Below are positions 32,809 through 42,791 of a stretch of 64,000 nt of DNA, one piece after another; position 1 is the stretch's first letter; the number at the start of each line of letters is the position of its first letter. The DNA is from Diplonema japonicum. Lineage: Eukaryota > Protista > Euglenozoa: Diplonemea. Under the pieces are notes generated by a model that saw nothing but the letters and a program-made list of their open reading frames with translations, ran no database searches and was not told the DNA's origin. The position numbers and the translations under genes were made by a program. The stretch is from the NCBI GenBank assembly GCA_964019335.1, contig OZ025705.1, positions 434,001-498,000 of the forward strand, written 5' to 3'.

Positions 32809-35610
32809 CTAATTGACCGTCACCCTGTTTTCCACGCTCATGCAAGGGGAGGATTGGTCACCCATTTGAATAGAAGTGGGGGACTGTCGTAAAAGATACT
32901 CCTCTTCTTCAGTGTCCACCTCCGAAAACCCGAGCAGTTTGTGTTCATGCAGCACCATTCCAAAAGTAACCAACACTATTCCAACCCAAAGAAGGCTGTA
33001 GGTGGTACCGGGGTTGCCCCCCATCAGGGTGTCGTTGGATAGGATGACATTCAGAATGGGGAGAGAGATAAGTAATGCAATAAACTGGCACGACGGGCCA
33101 CCACGCATCACCACGACTGTATTGATGATAATGTAAGCAACATTACCAAGATTGAAACCCAGGACCCACACCCAAGCGTATTCACACTGGGTTGTGAGCC
33201 ACCAATCACCACTGCCACCAAGGTTCATAGACGAAGACGTGTTTCCTGTGGACAGACACACCATCCCATCGCCATAGTCCTCATTAATAAGGGAGTTAAC
33301 ATCCGTTGTGGCCACCAAACCGAACAGCATCGACACCAAAGGGGCTAGCAACACCGACCCGAGATTCATGAGCAGAACCAGGTACAACACATCCAGCATT
33401 GTGACCGGCCTCGTTGCTTCTCCAAAGAGTCTTTGTGTTACAATGTCGAAGCATGCCTGCACAAGACATGTGATGCTGTACGTTACGATCCAAATAGAAA
33501 ACGTGCTCATGGACAACCCCTTTTCAGATGGTTCGCGCCCAACGAACACCACCACACCACTCACTACCAGCGAGCAGCCAATGATCTGCAAAATTCCGTA
33601 GCGCGACTTGTTGAACAAGTACCCACCGATAGCAGTGAAGGGCACCGTGAATTGGTTCAGCAGCGTGGCAACGTTCACGTTTGAGGGGCCCAGGGCATCG
33701 ATGGCGGCGACCTGTATCACATTCGTGATGGCGAACAGTACCCCGAGCACCATGAGGGGCTTCATCGGGAGGGTTAAAAGAGCGGATCGCCGCATTTCAG
33801 GATTGCTGCTAGAGTATCCCCGCAGTACCAGGTATAAGACACCACTGATTGCGAAGGACAGCACTGCGTTCACGAGGGAGGTGAGGTACGGGAAAGGGTG
33901 CATCACAAAAACCTCTCTGTAGAACAAGAACTGTGTCCCGGTGAAAGTGAAGGCATTGAGAAGCGTGTAAGCTGCAGCGCATAGGACGTCGCGAGCTGTT
34001 CTTGGCCGAGGTTCCTCATCATCCGACTCAGGCTCCAGATCAAGACCAAACATACACTCGTTGTTCTTACAGCTGGCGTTCAGAGAAGGCTCCTCAGCAC
34101 AAGTATCCACGTACCACTGCTTGCGCTTCTGTTCCTCCTGTGCGCGTGTCAGCTCGCCTTGCAGCCTGCCCAAGTGTCTTTGTGTGCGCTGTAGTTGTAA
34201 GGCTGCCTGCTCAACCTGAACCTTCAGCGTGGGAACTGCCAGGATAGCCTGTTCGCGCGCAGTAGCTTGTTGCTCCGTTCGCACTTTCAGCACTTTCGTG
34301 ATGAATGCCGACACCGAGGCAGAGTCCGTCAAGTCGTCTGTGCGCAGCCTTACCTGTGTCTTAACTGCTTGCAGGGCAATACTCTCCAAGGCCGAGTTGC
34401 CATTGACCATAACCAAAGCAGCAACTAGTTTTTGGTTCTCCAGCCATGCAGCAAATATGTGGGAATCAGTGTATTTGTACTCCACCGTGCAGTCGGGGGA
34501 CACGAGGCCGCAGAAACGCCAATTCAAATCGTACAGAGTGTTTCTTAAATCAGGAAAATAAATATACGGCACTGGAGCAGTTGCACAACGCATGGTCCTT
34601 GCTAGGTGTTTGGCCATCATCTTCGCAAACTCCGCGTCTCGGCAATTCATAGTTTGCGAAGTATCCGTATAATTCGGCCTCACGTGCAGCACTGCCACCT
34701 CACCAATGGCATACACACCCTCAACAGAAGTGCACATGTTCTCATCCACCTGTATGCCCGGTGGTTCGTTGATGTACTCCAGTTGGTCACCGAAAAGGTC
34801 GATGTTCGGCATGGCGCAGTTCCCGTAGATCAGCACATCGCATTCGACCCCTTTTTTGTTGGACAGCTGTACACCTATGATGGTGGAGTCCTTCGATACA
34901 ACCTGTGTGATGGTTGTTTCTTTGTATATTGTTGTTCCCATCTCTTCCAGTTTGTCTTCGTACACTTTCGAGATCTCCTTTGTGAACAGTGCGGGGAAGA
35001 GCTGCGATTCCTCAAGCACACAGGTCACTGACATGTCCCAGGAAGTCGTAAGCGCTTCCATAATGTCCATGTGTAGACACTCGCCTCCCAGAACTACGGC
35101 CTTGCCACCACGACACTTCTCGAGTGTGTTTCGTAAGGACAGTCCGTCGGTGTAGTTCAGTAGCTTGTGGCATCCTTTGGTATGATTTCCGGGAATTGAA
35201 ATACTAGGGGCCGTCTTTGAGCCTGTTGCAATCACAAGCCCCTTCCGCCACGAGACACCAACCACCAGTCCATTCTTATCTTGGTAATGAATGGTTTTGT
35301 TCTTGATGTCCACCTTCGTGCAAGGACTGTTCAGCAGCACAGTGATCCCATGTGCGTTGTACCAGTCCTCTGTCTTGGACGCGGTGTGGTGCTCTGCAAG
35401 CTTCTCGGCTGTGAGGAGGAAGCCTTTGCTGAGGAACGATCTTTCGTAAGGGTAGACACCCTCAGCAGACACAAGACAAATATCAGTACCAGAGCCTCCC
35501 TTCTCGATGTACTCTGCAATGAAGTGCCCGCCGGCAAAACCCCCTCCGAGGACTACGATCTCGTACTCAGCATTTCCTTTCGCGGAGTTGCTGAGCTCAA
35601 GTGTTGTCAT
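32809..35610 (-). CDS. Fusion protein A: monodehydroascorbate-reductase-like flavoprotein + coiled linker + CRT-like (DMT superfamily) transporter, ~933 aa
   Basis: N-half: IVVLGGGFAGG, PYERSFLSKG, IATGS, KAVVLGG, PALFT, VYAIGEVA, WRFCG, collinear with plant MDHAR. C-half: about 10 hydrophobic helices with FPYL, LLNQFTVPFT, RYGILQIIGCSLVVSGV and a two-Cys loop (DGMVCL..QCEYAW..FN) typical of CRT/CLT. ATG 35610 follows a CAG and aligns with the paralogue start. Confidence 0.85.
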   Translation of the reverse strand: MTTLELSNSAKGNAEYEIVVLGGGFAGGHFIAEYIEKGGSGTDICLVSAEGVYPYERSFLSKGFLLTAEKLAEHHTASKTEDWYNAHGITVLLNSPCTKVDIKNKTIHYQDKNGLVVGVSWRKGLVIATGSKTAPSISIPGNHTKGCHKLLNYTDGLSLRNTLEKCRGGKAVVLGGECLHMDIMEALTTSWDMSVTCVLEESQLFPALFTKEISKVYEDKLEEMGTTIYKETTITQVVSKDSTIIGVQLSNKKGVECDVLIYGNCAMPNIDLFGDQLEYINEPPGIQVDENMCTSVEGVYAIGEVAVLHVRPNYTDTSQTMNCRDAEFAKMMAKHLARTMRCATAPVPYIYFPDLRNTLYDLNWRFCGLVSPDCTVEYKYTDSHIFAAWLENQKLVAALVMVNGNSALESIALQAVKTQVRLRTDDLTDSASVSAFITKVLKVRTEQQATAREQAILAVPTLKVQVEQAALQLQRTQRHLGRLQGELTRAQEEQKRKQWYVDTCAEEPSLNASCKNNECMFGLDLEPESDDEEPRPRTARDVLCAAAYTLLNAFTFTGTQFLFYREVFVMHPFPYLTSLVNAVLSFAISGVLYLVLRGYSSSNPEMRRSALLTLPMKPLMVLGVLFAITNVIQVAAIDALGPSNVNVATLLNQFTVPFTAIGGYLFNKSRYGILQIIGCSLVVSGVVVFVGREPSEKGLSMSTFSIWIVTYSITCLVQACFDIVTQRLFGEATRPVTMLDVLYLVLLMNLGSVLLAPLVSMLFGLVATTDVNSLINEDYGDGMVCLSTGNTSSSMNLGGSGDWWLTTQCEYAWVWVLGFNLGNVAYIIINTVVVMRGGPSCQFIALLISLPILNVILSNDTLMGGNPGTTYSLLWVGIVLVTFGMVLHEHKLLGFSEVDTEEEEYLLRQSPTSIQMGDQSSPCMSVENRVTVN

Positions 35611-36265
35611 GTACCTGTTGTAAGGTGGGATGTGAGAACAATGAAGGACAATAAAAAGCGAACAGTTAATGCAATGCAGAACCAAGGGGATGACCCCACA
35701 GGGGCAGTAATTAGTCATTCAGATGCGATACCAAGTTCGTATCTTAGGTACTGGTCAACCCTCTCTTTTATTCCTCCACGGGGCCACAGGTGTAACAAGC
35801 TAAAGTAAACCCATCGAATACTAAGTCGAGGGGCAAAGTAAATTAAAAAAATATCGAAAAGGGTGTTCAAAAAAGGGGAGGGGGGCGCTTAAAGAAAATA
35901 TAAAAAAGAGTATCGGGTTATCTGACAAAATTATCAGGCATATTGGGTTCTGGCCCTGCTCCCTTGACGCGGTCTTCAAGTATCGTCCATGTTCTTGGAG
36001 CCCATATTGGCAGCCTTCTCAACTTGCAGCATAGCGGCTTACTTGTTGTTGACAATAGGTGAATGACTAAGGTTAATTAGCCTTAAAAAAGGGAATAAAT
36101 ACCATATTTTGCAGAGATCCGGCAGAAGAACAACAGCTTGCTTATCAGCTGCTTGACAACGGCAATAATAATTTTAAAAAAAATGGACTAAAAGGACTTG
36201 TTGGCGTTGTTTTTAAAGACTTGTACGTTTTTTTTTTTCCCTTTCTCCCTTTCCCAAACTATTAA

Positions 36266-39034
36266 CTATAAGTTAAGTTGCACGTGTAAACCAGATGAAG
36301 GAGAGTGTAAGTTGGGAGAGGACACAGAGCTGCGAGGAGAGCGCGCGTGGCACAAGAGGGACGCGCGCTCCTCATCAGTCGCCTTCTTCATGAAGTTGCC
36401 ATGCTCATGAATCAACAGGCCCACGCAAAACATCGCAACGCTTGCCCAGAGGAGACCGGATAATGATCCAGCATGGCCGCCCATCAGGGTGTCGCTACCA
36501 AGCAGTGCATTGAGTACTGGCAGTGCTATTAGCTGTGTAAAGAATTGAGCCGTGGTGCCGCCCTTCATGAGGATCAATGTACTGATCAAGCAGTATAGGA
36601 CACTGCTAAGATTGAAACCCAGGACCCACACCCAAGCGTATTCACACTGGGTTGTGAGCCACCAATCACCACTGCCACCAAAGTTTCTGGATGAAGACGT
36701 GTTTCCTGTGAACAGACACACCATCCCATCGCCATAGTCCTCGTTCATAAGGGTGCTAACATCCGTTGTGGCCACTGACCCGAACAGTATCGACACCAAA
36801 GGGGCTAGCAACACCGATCCGAGATTCATGAAAAAAACCAGGTACAACACATCCAGCATTGTGACCGGCCTCGTTGCTTCTCCAAAGAACTTCTGTGTCA
36901 CAATGTCGAAGCATGTCTGCACAAGACATGTGATGCTGTACATTACGATCCATGCCACGTACTTGCCGGTGGAAATGTCGGTGGGCCCATCGGCAGAGAA
37001 GACAGCAAGACCACCTACCATTAGCAAAGAGCCCATGAGCTGCACTACCTTATAAGGCGACTTGTAGAGCAGATACCCGCCGATAGCAGTGAAGGGCACC
37101 GTGAATTGGTTCAGCAGCGTGGCAACGTTCACGTTTGAGGGGCCCAGGGCATCGATGGCGGCGACCTGTATCACATTCGTGATGGCGAACAGTATCCCGA
37201 GCACCATGAGGGGCTTCATCGGGAGGGTTAAAAGAGCGGAAAGCTGCATCTCGGAATGGTCGGAGTATCTCTGCAATGCCAACAGCAAGACACCACTGAT
37301 TGCGAAGGACAGCACTGCGTTCACGAGGGAGGTGAGGTACGGGAAAGGGTGCATCACAAAAACCTCTCTGTAGAACAAGAACTGTGTCCCGGTGAAAGTG
37401 AAGGCATTGAGAAGCGTGTAAGCTGCAGCGCGCGCGCTAAAAGGCACTTTGTTCTGGATCTCGGGGAAAACACTATTGACTACGTTCTCCCCTCCCGTGT
37501 AACCGACCGAGAAGGAAAGGTCTTCCTTTTGCAGGATATGGTTAGTGAACCAGGTAAATGTTTGTTGGGCTTCAAGGACGTTAGTTAACTCTCTTTTGAG
37601 CTTCTGCACCTGTTCCAGTGCCCGTTCCACTTGATAGGATGCCTGCTCGATCTCCATGTTCAGCACAGGTACTGTTAGGACGGCTTCCTCACGCGCTATC
37701 GTGCTCTCTCTTATTTTGTCCCGTAGAATCTTTTTGACAAACACCTTCACAGGGGAATTGTATGCCATTTCTCCCGGTTGCAGATTCACCTGCATCTTGA
37801 CAGCCTGTCGGGTAACGAGCTCCATTTCAGTATCTCCCCTGCCTTCTACAAAAGCAGCAACTAGCTTGTCATCCTTAATCCACACGACGAAGAAGTGCGG
37901 TTCGGTTAGCAAATACTCTATCGTGCAGTCGGGGGATGTGAGACCGAAGAAGCGCCACTTCATATCATACAGAGAACTGTGGAAGTCAGGAAAGTACATG
38001 TACGGGCTCCTTGACACGACGCCAGTCAAGACAGCAGCTAAGTGCGTGGCCATCATCTTGCTGAGGAATTGGTCAGCACATTTAATTGTTTGCGAGATGC
38101 CTGCTTCCTTATTGTTAATGTGCAGCACTGCCACCTCACCAATGGCATACACACCCTCAACAGAGGTGCACATGTTCTCATCCACCTGTATGCCCGGTGG
38201 TTCGTTGATGTACTCCAGTTGGTCACCGAAAAGGTCGATGTTCGGCATGGCGCAGTTCCCGTAGATCAGCACATCGCATTCGACCCTTTTTTTGTTGGAC
38301 AGCTGCACACCTGACACTTCTGAGTCCTTTGTAGTCACCTGTGTGACGGCTGTTTCTCTGTGAAGATCTACACCCATCTCCTCCAGTTTGTCTTCGTACA
38401 CTTTCGAGATCTCCTTTGTGAACAGTGCGGGGAAAAGCCGTGGTTCCTCAAGCACACAGGTCACTGACATGTCCCAGGAAGTCGTAAGCGCAACAATGAT
38501 GTCCATGTGTAGACACTCGCCTCCCAGAACTACGGCCTTGCCACCACGACACTTCTCGAGTGTGTTTCGTAAGGACAGTCCGTCGGTGTAGTTCAGTAGC
38601 TTGTGGCATCCTGGGGCGAGGATGCCAGGAATTGAATCAGGGGCCGCCTTTGAGCCTGTTGCAATCACAAACCCGTTCCGCCACGAGACGGTGGAAGGCA
38701 AGCCATCCTTGTCGCAATAGAAAAGAGTTTTGTTCTTGATGTCCACCTTCGTGCAAGGACTGTTCAGCAGCACAGTGATCCCATGTGCGTTGTACCAGTC
38801 CTTTGTCTTGGACGCGGTGTGGTGCTCTGCAAGCTTCTCGGCTGTGCGGAGGAAGCCTTTGGTGAGGAATGGCCTATCGTAAGGGTAGACACCCTCAGCA
38901 GACACAAGACAAATATCAGTACCAGAGCCTCCCTTCTCGATGTACTCTGCAATGAAGTGCCCACCGGCAAAGCCCCCTCCGAGGACTACGATCTCGTACT
39001 CCGGACCCTCCCCTGCGGCATTCATGGTAGTCAT
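36266..39034 (-). CDS. Fusion protein B: tandem paralogue of the MDHAR-like/CRT-like fusion, 922 aa
   Basis: Same uninterrupted architecture; long blocks of nucleotide identity with 32809-35610. Confidence 0.87.
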   Translation of the reverse strand: MTTMNAAGEGPEYEIVVLGGGFAGGHFIAEYIEKGGSGTDICLVSAEGVYPYDRPFLTKGFLRTAEKLAEHHTASKTKDWYNAHGITVLLNSPCTKVDIKNKTLFYCDKDGLPSTVSWRNGFVIATGSKAAPDSIPGILAPGCHKLLNYTDGLSLRNTLEKCRGGKAVVLGGECLHMDIIVALTTSWDMSVTCVLEEPRLFPALFTKEISKVYEDKLEEMGVDLHRETAVTQVTTKDSEVSGVQLSNKKRVECDVLIYGNCAMPNIDLFGDQLEYINEPPGIQVDENMCTSVEGVYAIGEVAVLHINNKEAGISQTIKCADQFLSKMMATHLAAVLTGVVSRSPYMYFPDFHSSLYDMKWRFFGLTSPDCTIEYLLTEPHFFVVWIKDDKLVAAFVEGRGDTEMELVTRQAVKMQVNLQPGEMAYNSPVKVFVKKILRDKIRESTIAREEAVLTVPVLNMEIEQASYQVERALEQVQKLKRELTNVLEAQQTFTWFTNHILQKEDLSFSVGYTGGENVVNSVFPEIQNKVPFSARAAAYTLLNAFTFTGTQFLFYREVFVMHPFPYLTSLVNAVLSFAISGVLLLALQRYSDHSEMQLSALLTLPMKPLMVLGILFAITNVIQVAAIDALGPSNVNVATLLNQFTVPFTAIGGYLLYKSPYKVVQLMGSLLMVGGLAVFSADGPTDISTGKYVAWIVMYSITCLVQTCFDIVTQKFFGEATRPVTMLDVLYLVFFMNLGSVLLAPLVSILFGSVATTDVSTLMNEDYGDGMVCLFTGNTSSSRNFGGSGDWWLTTQCEYAWVWVLGFNLSSVLYCLISTLILMKGGTTAQFFTQLIALPVLNALLGSDTLMGGHAGSLSGLLWASVAMFCVGLLIHEHGNFMKKATDEERASLLCHARSPRSSVSSPNLHSPSSGLHVQLNL

Positions 39035-39867
39035 AAGCCTGTGCTAAGTGAGTACATTCAGGACTAAAAAGATATATTCATTATATGGCGTGTGGACAAT
39101 GCCGACAACTTACAATATTAATTTAATAATAAAAACTGCTTGTTAAGGTGGTCCTAATAGTTACTTCACACAATGTGGTCCAACAATCCCGCATTCGGGA
39201 GGGCTATCGGATGTTAGCGTTACCAAAGGGGAGGGGGGGAGGGGGTGTTAAATAAATATAATGAGTCATACTACACTATATATAACTCAGGATTCTGGGG
39301 CTCCCTTTTTTTTTTCCTGCCCTCGGGTCGGGCAATAAGCAAAAAAAGGAAACGAGTGACAACGTTGCAATATAAAAACTGAAAATACTAAGAAAAAGAG
39401 CCAGATTCGTGCCACGGTAGGCACCAAGGAGAGTTTGACCGAGACACCACCGCCTCTTGTCCGCCGTCATTCAACAACGCTGACATAGTGAAACTTCATT
39501 ATGAAGTGCTTCGTGTCGTTGAATGAAAAAGTGCTGTAAAAAAAAGGGGGCTTCTTCACCTGCCCTGTCCGTCCTGGTGGGGACGTCCAGTTACCGGTTC
39601 AGGCCTTCGAAGTTGCGTGAAAGAAAAAGAAAAAACTAAAAAAGGAAAAAAAAAAAGAAAGAAATCTAAATATCACCTGCTAGGTGTTAGCAATGACTCA
39701 TCAAGGGGGGAGGGAACATGTCACATTGATCACGAGGGCAGAATGTGATTAAGAATAGCTATATTCATCATTGGTGTGAGAACTAGTCTTTATATTTCCC
39801 TATAAACTGAAACAGAAGGGGCGGGTGTGTAAAGAAGGAAGAAAAAGAGAGAGAAAGAGACTATTTG

Positions 39868-39973
39868 TGTGGCAAGGCGCCCTGCTCAGCATCGTCTACT
39901 TGGACGACGTGGAGGTCAGCACATCTGATGTACTTCTTTATATTTCCATATTTCTGTGTTATCCCCACCACCC
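39868..39973. repeat. Internally deleted copy of the dispersed repeat
   Basis: Joins ggcgccctgc..gtctacttg (as at about 8533-8560) directly to gacg..ggaggtc..acatctgatgtac..gttatccccaccacc (as at 1183-1250). Confidence 0.7.
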
Positions 39974-40032
39974 AAAGAAAAAGAAGAAGAAAAAGGGGAA
40001 TACTTGAAGCAGAAACAAAGCCACAAGGTATT

Positions 40033-41925
40033 TCAAAGAGAAATGCGGCGACCGCAGTACTGTGAAGACGGGGTGGACACAAGCTGGGAATGGGAGGAGG
40101 TTGCAGAAAAATAGTTCTGCAGAACTTGCAGTGTCGTGGTAGCATCATAGAGGCACAGGTGGTCGTCTGTGTCCTGCTGTGTCTGAGGCCTACGACTCCT
40201 TCTGCCTGTAAAAAACACGATGATTTCTGTGATGATATCCAAGAGGACCTTCAGCAGCAAGAGAACCATTGCCAAAAAAAACAACACAGCAGCAACGTCA
40301 AAGGACCAATGCCCGTCGATATCGTGACCCAAGTAGAACCCCACAGCCATGAGGTACAAGGCCACACTTGTGATGCCCAGTGTTGCTAGGTTAATAAAAT
40401 TGTCCCTCATCCTTACATGAGACCACAGGTGCATCTCAAGGCACAGCAGTGTCGTGAAGACCAACGCGCAAGCAAGCTTCACCCCCCCCGCACTGCACCA
40501 CGGACTCTGTAGGAACAGACGCTGCAGCAGCAACTGCAAAGCTTGCTGCGTACTCTACAAACCCAAACCACGCCAGCTGCTGTTTATAATACCTCATTTG
40601 AGATGCGTATCTATTAACCCAATGCTCAGAAGGATGCAGGCTTACCCACTCACCAGGTCCTATTATCGTTGTGTATAGCCAACCCTTCTTTTGGGAATCC
40701 CGTAAATACACGGCTTTGGAGGGTACAGAGGACACCACCTGTTTGAATATCCAGACAGGGGCTAGCAGGCAGAAGATAAGAACCACCGCACCCACGCAGG
40801 CGTGGTATCCTTCAGCAGGGAAGCTGACAAGGACTATTCCTGCCAGGATGGTGCCTTGATATAACCACTTGAACACAAACAGCTGTGCCGACGGGAACCG
40901 CAATACCCCCTGGGCATCCAGACTTTTCAGCAGGCCTCGCTTTTTGTTTACTTTGAGCAGGTGCAGCGCTGCGTAGCACAGAAGTGTGAACACCGCTATG
41001 ATGCTGGCGTTTCCTACTATTGCGCCTAGCGCGTGGCTCCCCCCCAGCTGCAGCTGGGTTGGGTGCAGTGGACGGGGCATTTTTCTATCGCCCGTTTGAC
41101 ATGCGCTGCTCACCACTATCATTCTTGTTGCAGAGGCAGCCGCCGAGGCGGCACCCACGCCTGCTGCTACACTCACAACGCCTCCCACAGCAACGAACTG
41201 CTTCTCGTTTGGCAGCTGTGCGACGGTTGCAGGTACTTCAGTTGGCTGTGGCATTGTCTCTTGAGGTGCTGTATTGGGGTGAAGATCTGGGCTTGGTTGT
41301 GCAGTTGGATTGGTGGCAGGTGGGCTGTGGTGTTGGGTGCTTCAGTGGGAGTTTCTGTCGAAGCTACAAGAGGCACTTTTGTGGCTGTCACAGGGGTGCG
41401 GGGTACAGCTGTGGAAGGCGTGTTCGTTGGAACAGCAGTTGGGGCTGCAGTAGGAACAGCAGGAACACCAGTAGTAGGGGCGACACTTGGTAGGCCCACA
41501 GCCGTGGGCACGATTGTGACAGGAGCAGCCGTGGGCGGTGCCTCAGTTGTGTCACAGTTGCAGACTCTCTGCACCGCAACGTGGACAGCATCGCAGTCAC
41601 TAGTGACAGGAATGTTTTTGTACCCCAAACACTGCCCTACGTTCGGGTCAAAACCGCTTACGAAGCACGGTTGGTCATTCATCCACCAGTTGCCGTTCTG
41701 TGCAAAGAACCCTGGAGGTGATGGACAGGTGATGCCAAGTGTCATAAATACGTCCGTAGTATCTCCAAGATCAATACTTGTGTTGCAGGTTACCCCTACT
41801 CGGGAGCACACATCATTGCAGTGCTCTCCCTGGCGGCCCAACAGAAAAGCGGCAGCAACCATGTTGGCCAGAAGTGAAAGCATGGACACTGCCATTATTT
41901 TCGCCCCATTCCTGAACGTGGTCAT
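40033..41925 (-). pseudogene. Surface protein (signal peptide, Cys-rich domain, PT-rich stalk, multi-TM C-terminus resembling DGF-1/bodonin types) with two apparent frameshifts
   Basis: Three overlapping ORFs (41925-41173, 41254-40436, 40539-40033) merge if one base is added at the G3 run near 41322-41324 and one removed from C8 at 40482-40489. Motif LHPTQL..GAIVGN precedes the TM bundle. Confidence 0.7.
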
Positions 41926-41993
41926 TTAACTGATAAAAGAGAGAAAAGGAATAAACATGGCACAGCAACGTATTGCTACTCTTTCGGTGTAAT

Positions 41994-42791
41994 CTACGCC
42001 ACAAGAAGAGTCAGCCCTGTCGTGGTCAGCACGCAGGCCAGCACGTTGACAGTGTCGTTGCTGAGGTAGCCGAGGCCGCTAATGTGCTGCGCGTGAGGCC
42101 CAGCCGTGTTGGTGACCATATCAGCAACAGGGTGCCAGCCTGAGTATTCGAAAACCTGCCCGAGCGCACTGTCGAGAAAGGAACCCACGAGCCCAGCACC
42201 GGTGGCAAGCAGAAGGATGCTCGGTGTGGAGGCTTTTAAAGGGGAAAACAGAGCTGACGCACAACCTACGGAGAGCCCTCCTAGCGCACTGGCCAATGTG
42301 CCCATGGGGGTGATACCACCATTTGTGCCATGAGGGACCAGTCTCCCCCCAAGGACAAGCCGGGGCTGTGATGTGCTGAGGATGCCGAGTTCAGAAGCCC
42401 ATGTGTCGCCTGCTGCGGCTGCATAGCTGATGAGGTGTGCATAGAGGAACCTCTCGTTGTGGGTGATGAGCCAGGCAAGCGCGGCAACAGTGCCCACGCC
42501 GCCGTTGGCCGCCACCTGCCACGCGTTGCGGCCCTTGGCACCTCCGTAGCCTTCTTCGCGTGTTGCCTTCGTCTTCTTCCCAACTTTGGTCATAAATGTG
42601 GACCCAAAGAAGAATGCAAGCAAAGCAGCAGTGTGCCACCCACCTGCAATCCATGCTACCCACCCTACACCCCACGCCGCCATGCCTCCTGACTTGTTAA
42701 GAGAACCTCGCTTCACGGCATACCCCGAAAGCAGCGTCGCGAACACTGTAGCATTGCCCACAGAGGCTGGTGTCGCAGTTAGCAAGTTCAT
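41994..42791 (-). CDS. TMEM19: TMEM19 / DUF92 integral membrane protein, 265 aa
   Basis: SLNKSGG.AA, LLAFF, GRNAWQVAANGG, GDTWASELG, VPHGTNGGIT..G, GSFLDSALG, LSNDTVN. Confidence 0.92.
   Translation of the reverse strand: MNLLTATPASVGNATVFATLLSGYAVKRGSLNKSGGMAAWGVGWVAWIAGGWHTAALLAFFFGSTFMTKVGKKTKATREEGYGGAKGRNAWQVAANGGVGTVAALAWLITHNERFLYAHLISYAAAAGDTWASELGILSTSQPRLVLGGRLVPHGTNGGITPMGTLASALGGLSVGCASALFSPLKASTPSILLLATGAGLVGSFLDSALGQVFEYSGWHPVADMVTNTAGPHAQHISGLGYLSNDTVNVLACVLTTTGLTLLVA

Noticed and set aside
35611-35718. N-terminal extension MTNYCPCG.. of fusion gene A
   Set aside because: No counterpart in paralogue B; a CAG just before ATG 35610 suggests the trans-splice acceptor lies there.
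39400-39530. Possible SECIS element or selenoprotein readthrough
   Set aside because: ATGA is present but lacks the correctly spaced AA loop and GA quartet, and no in-frame TGA in a conserved context was found in neighbouring genes.
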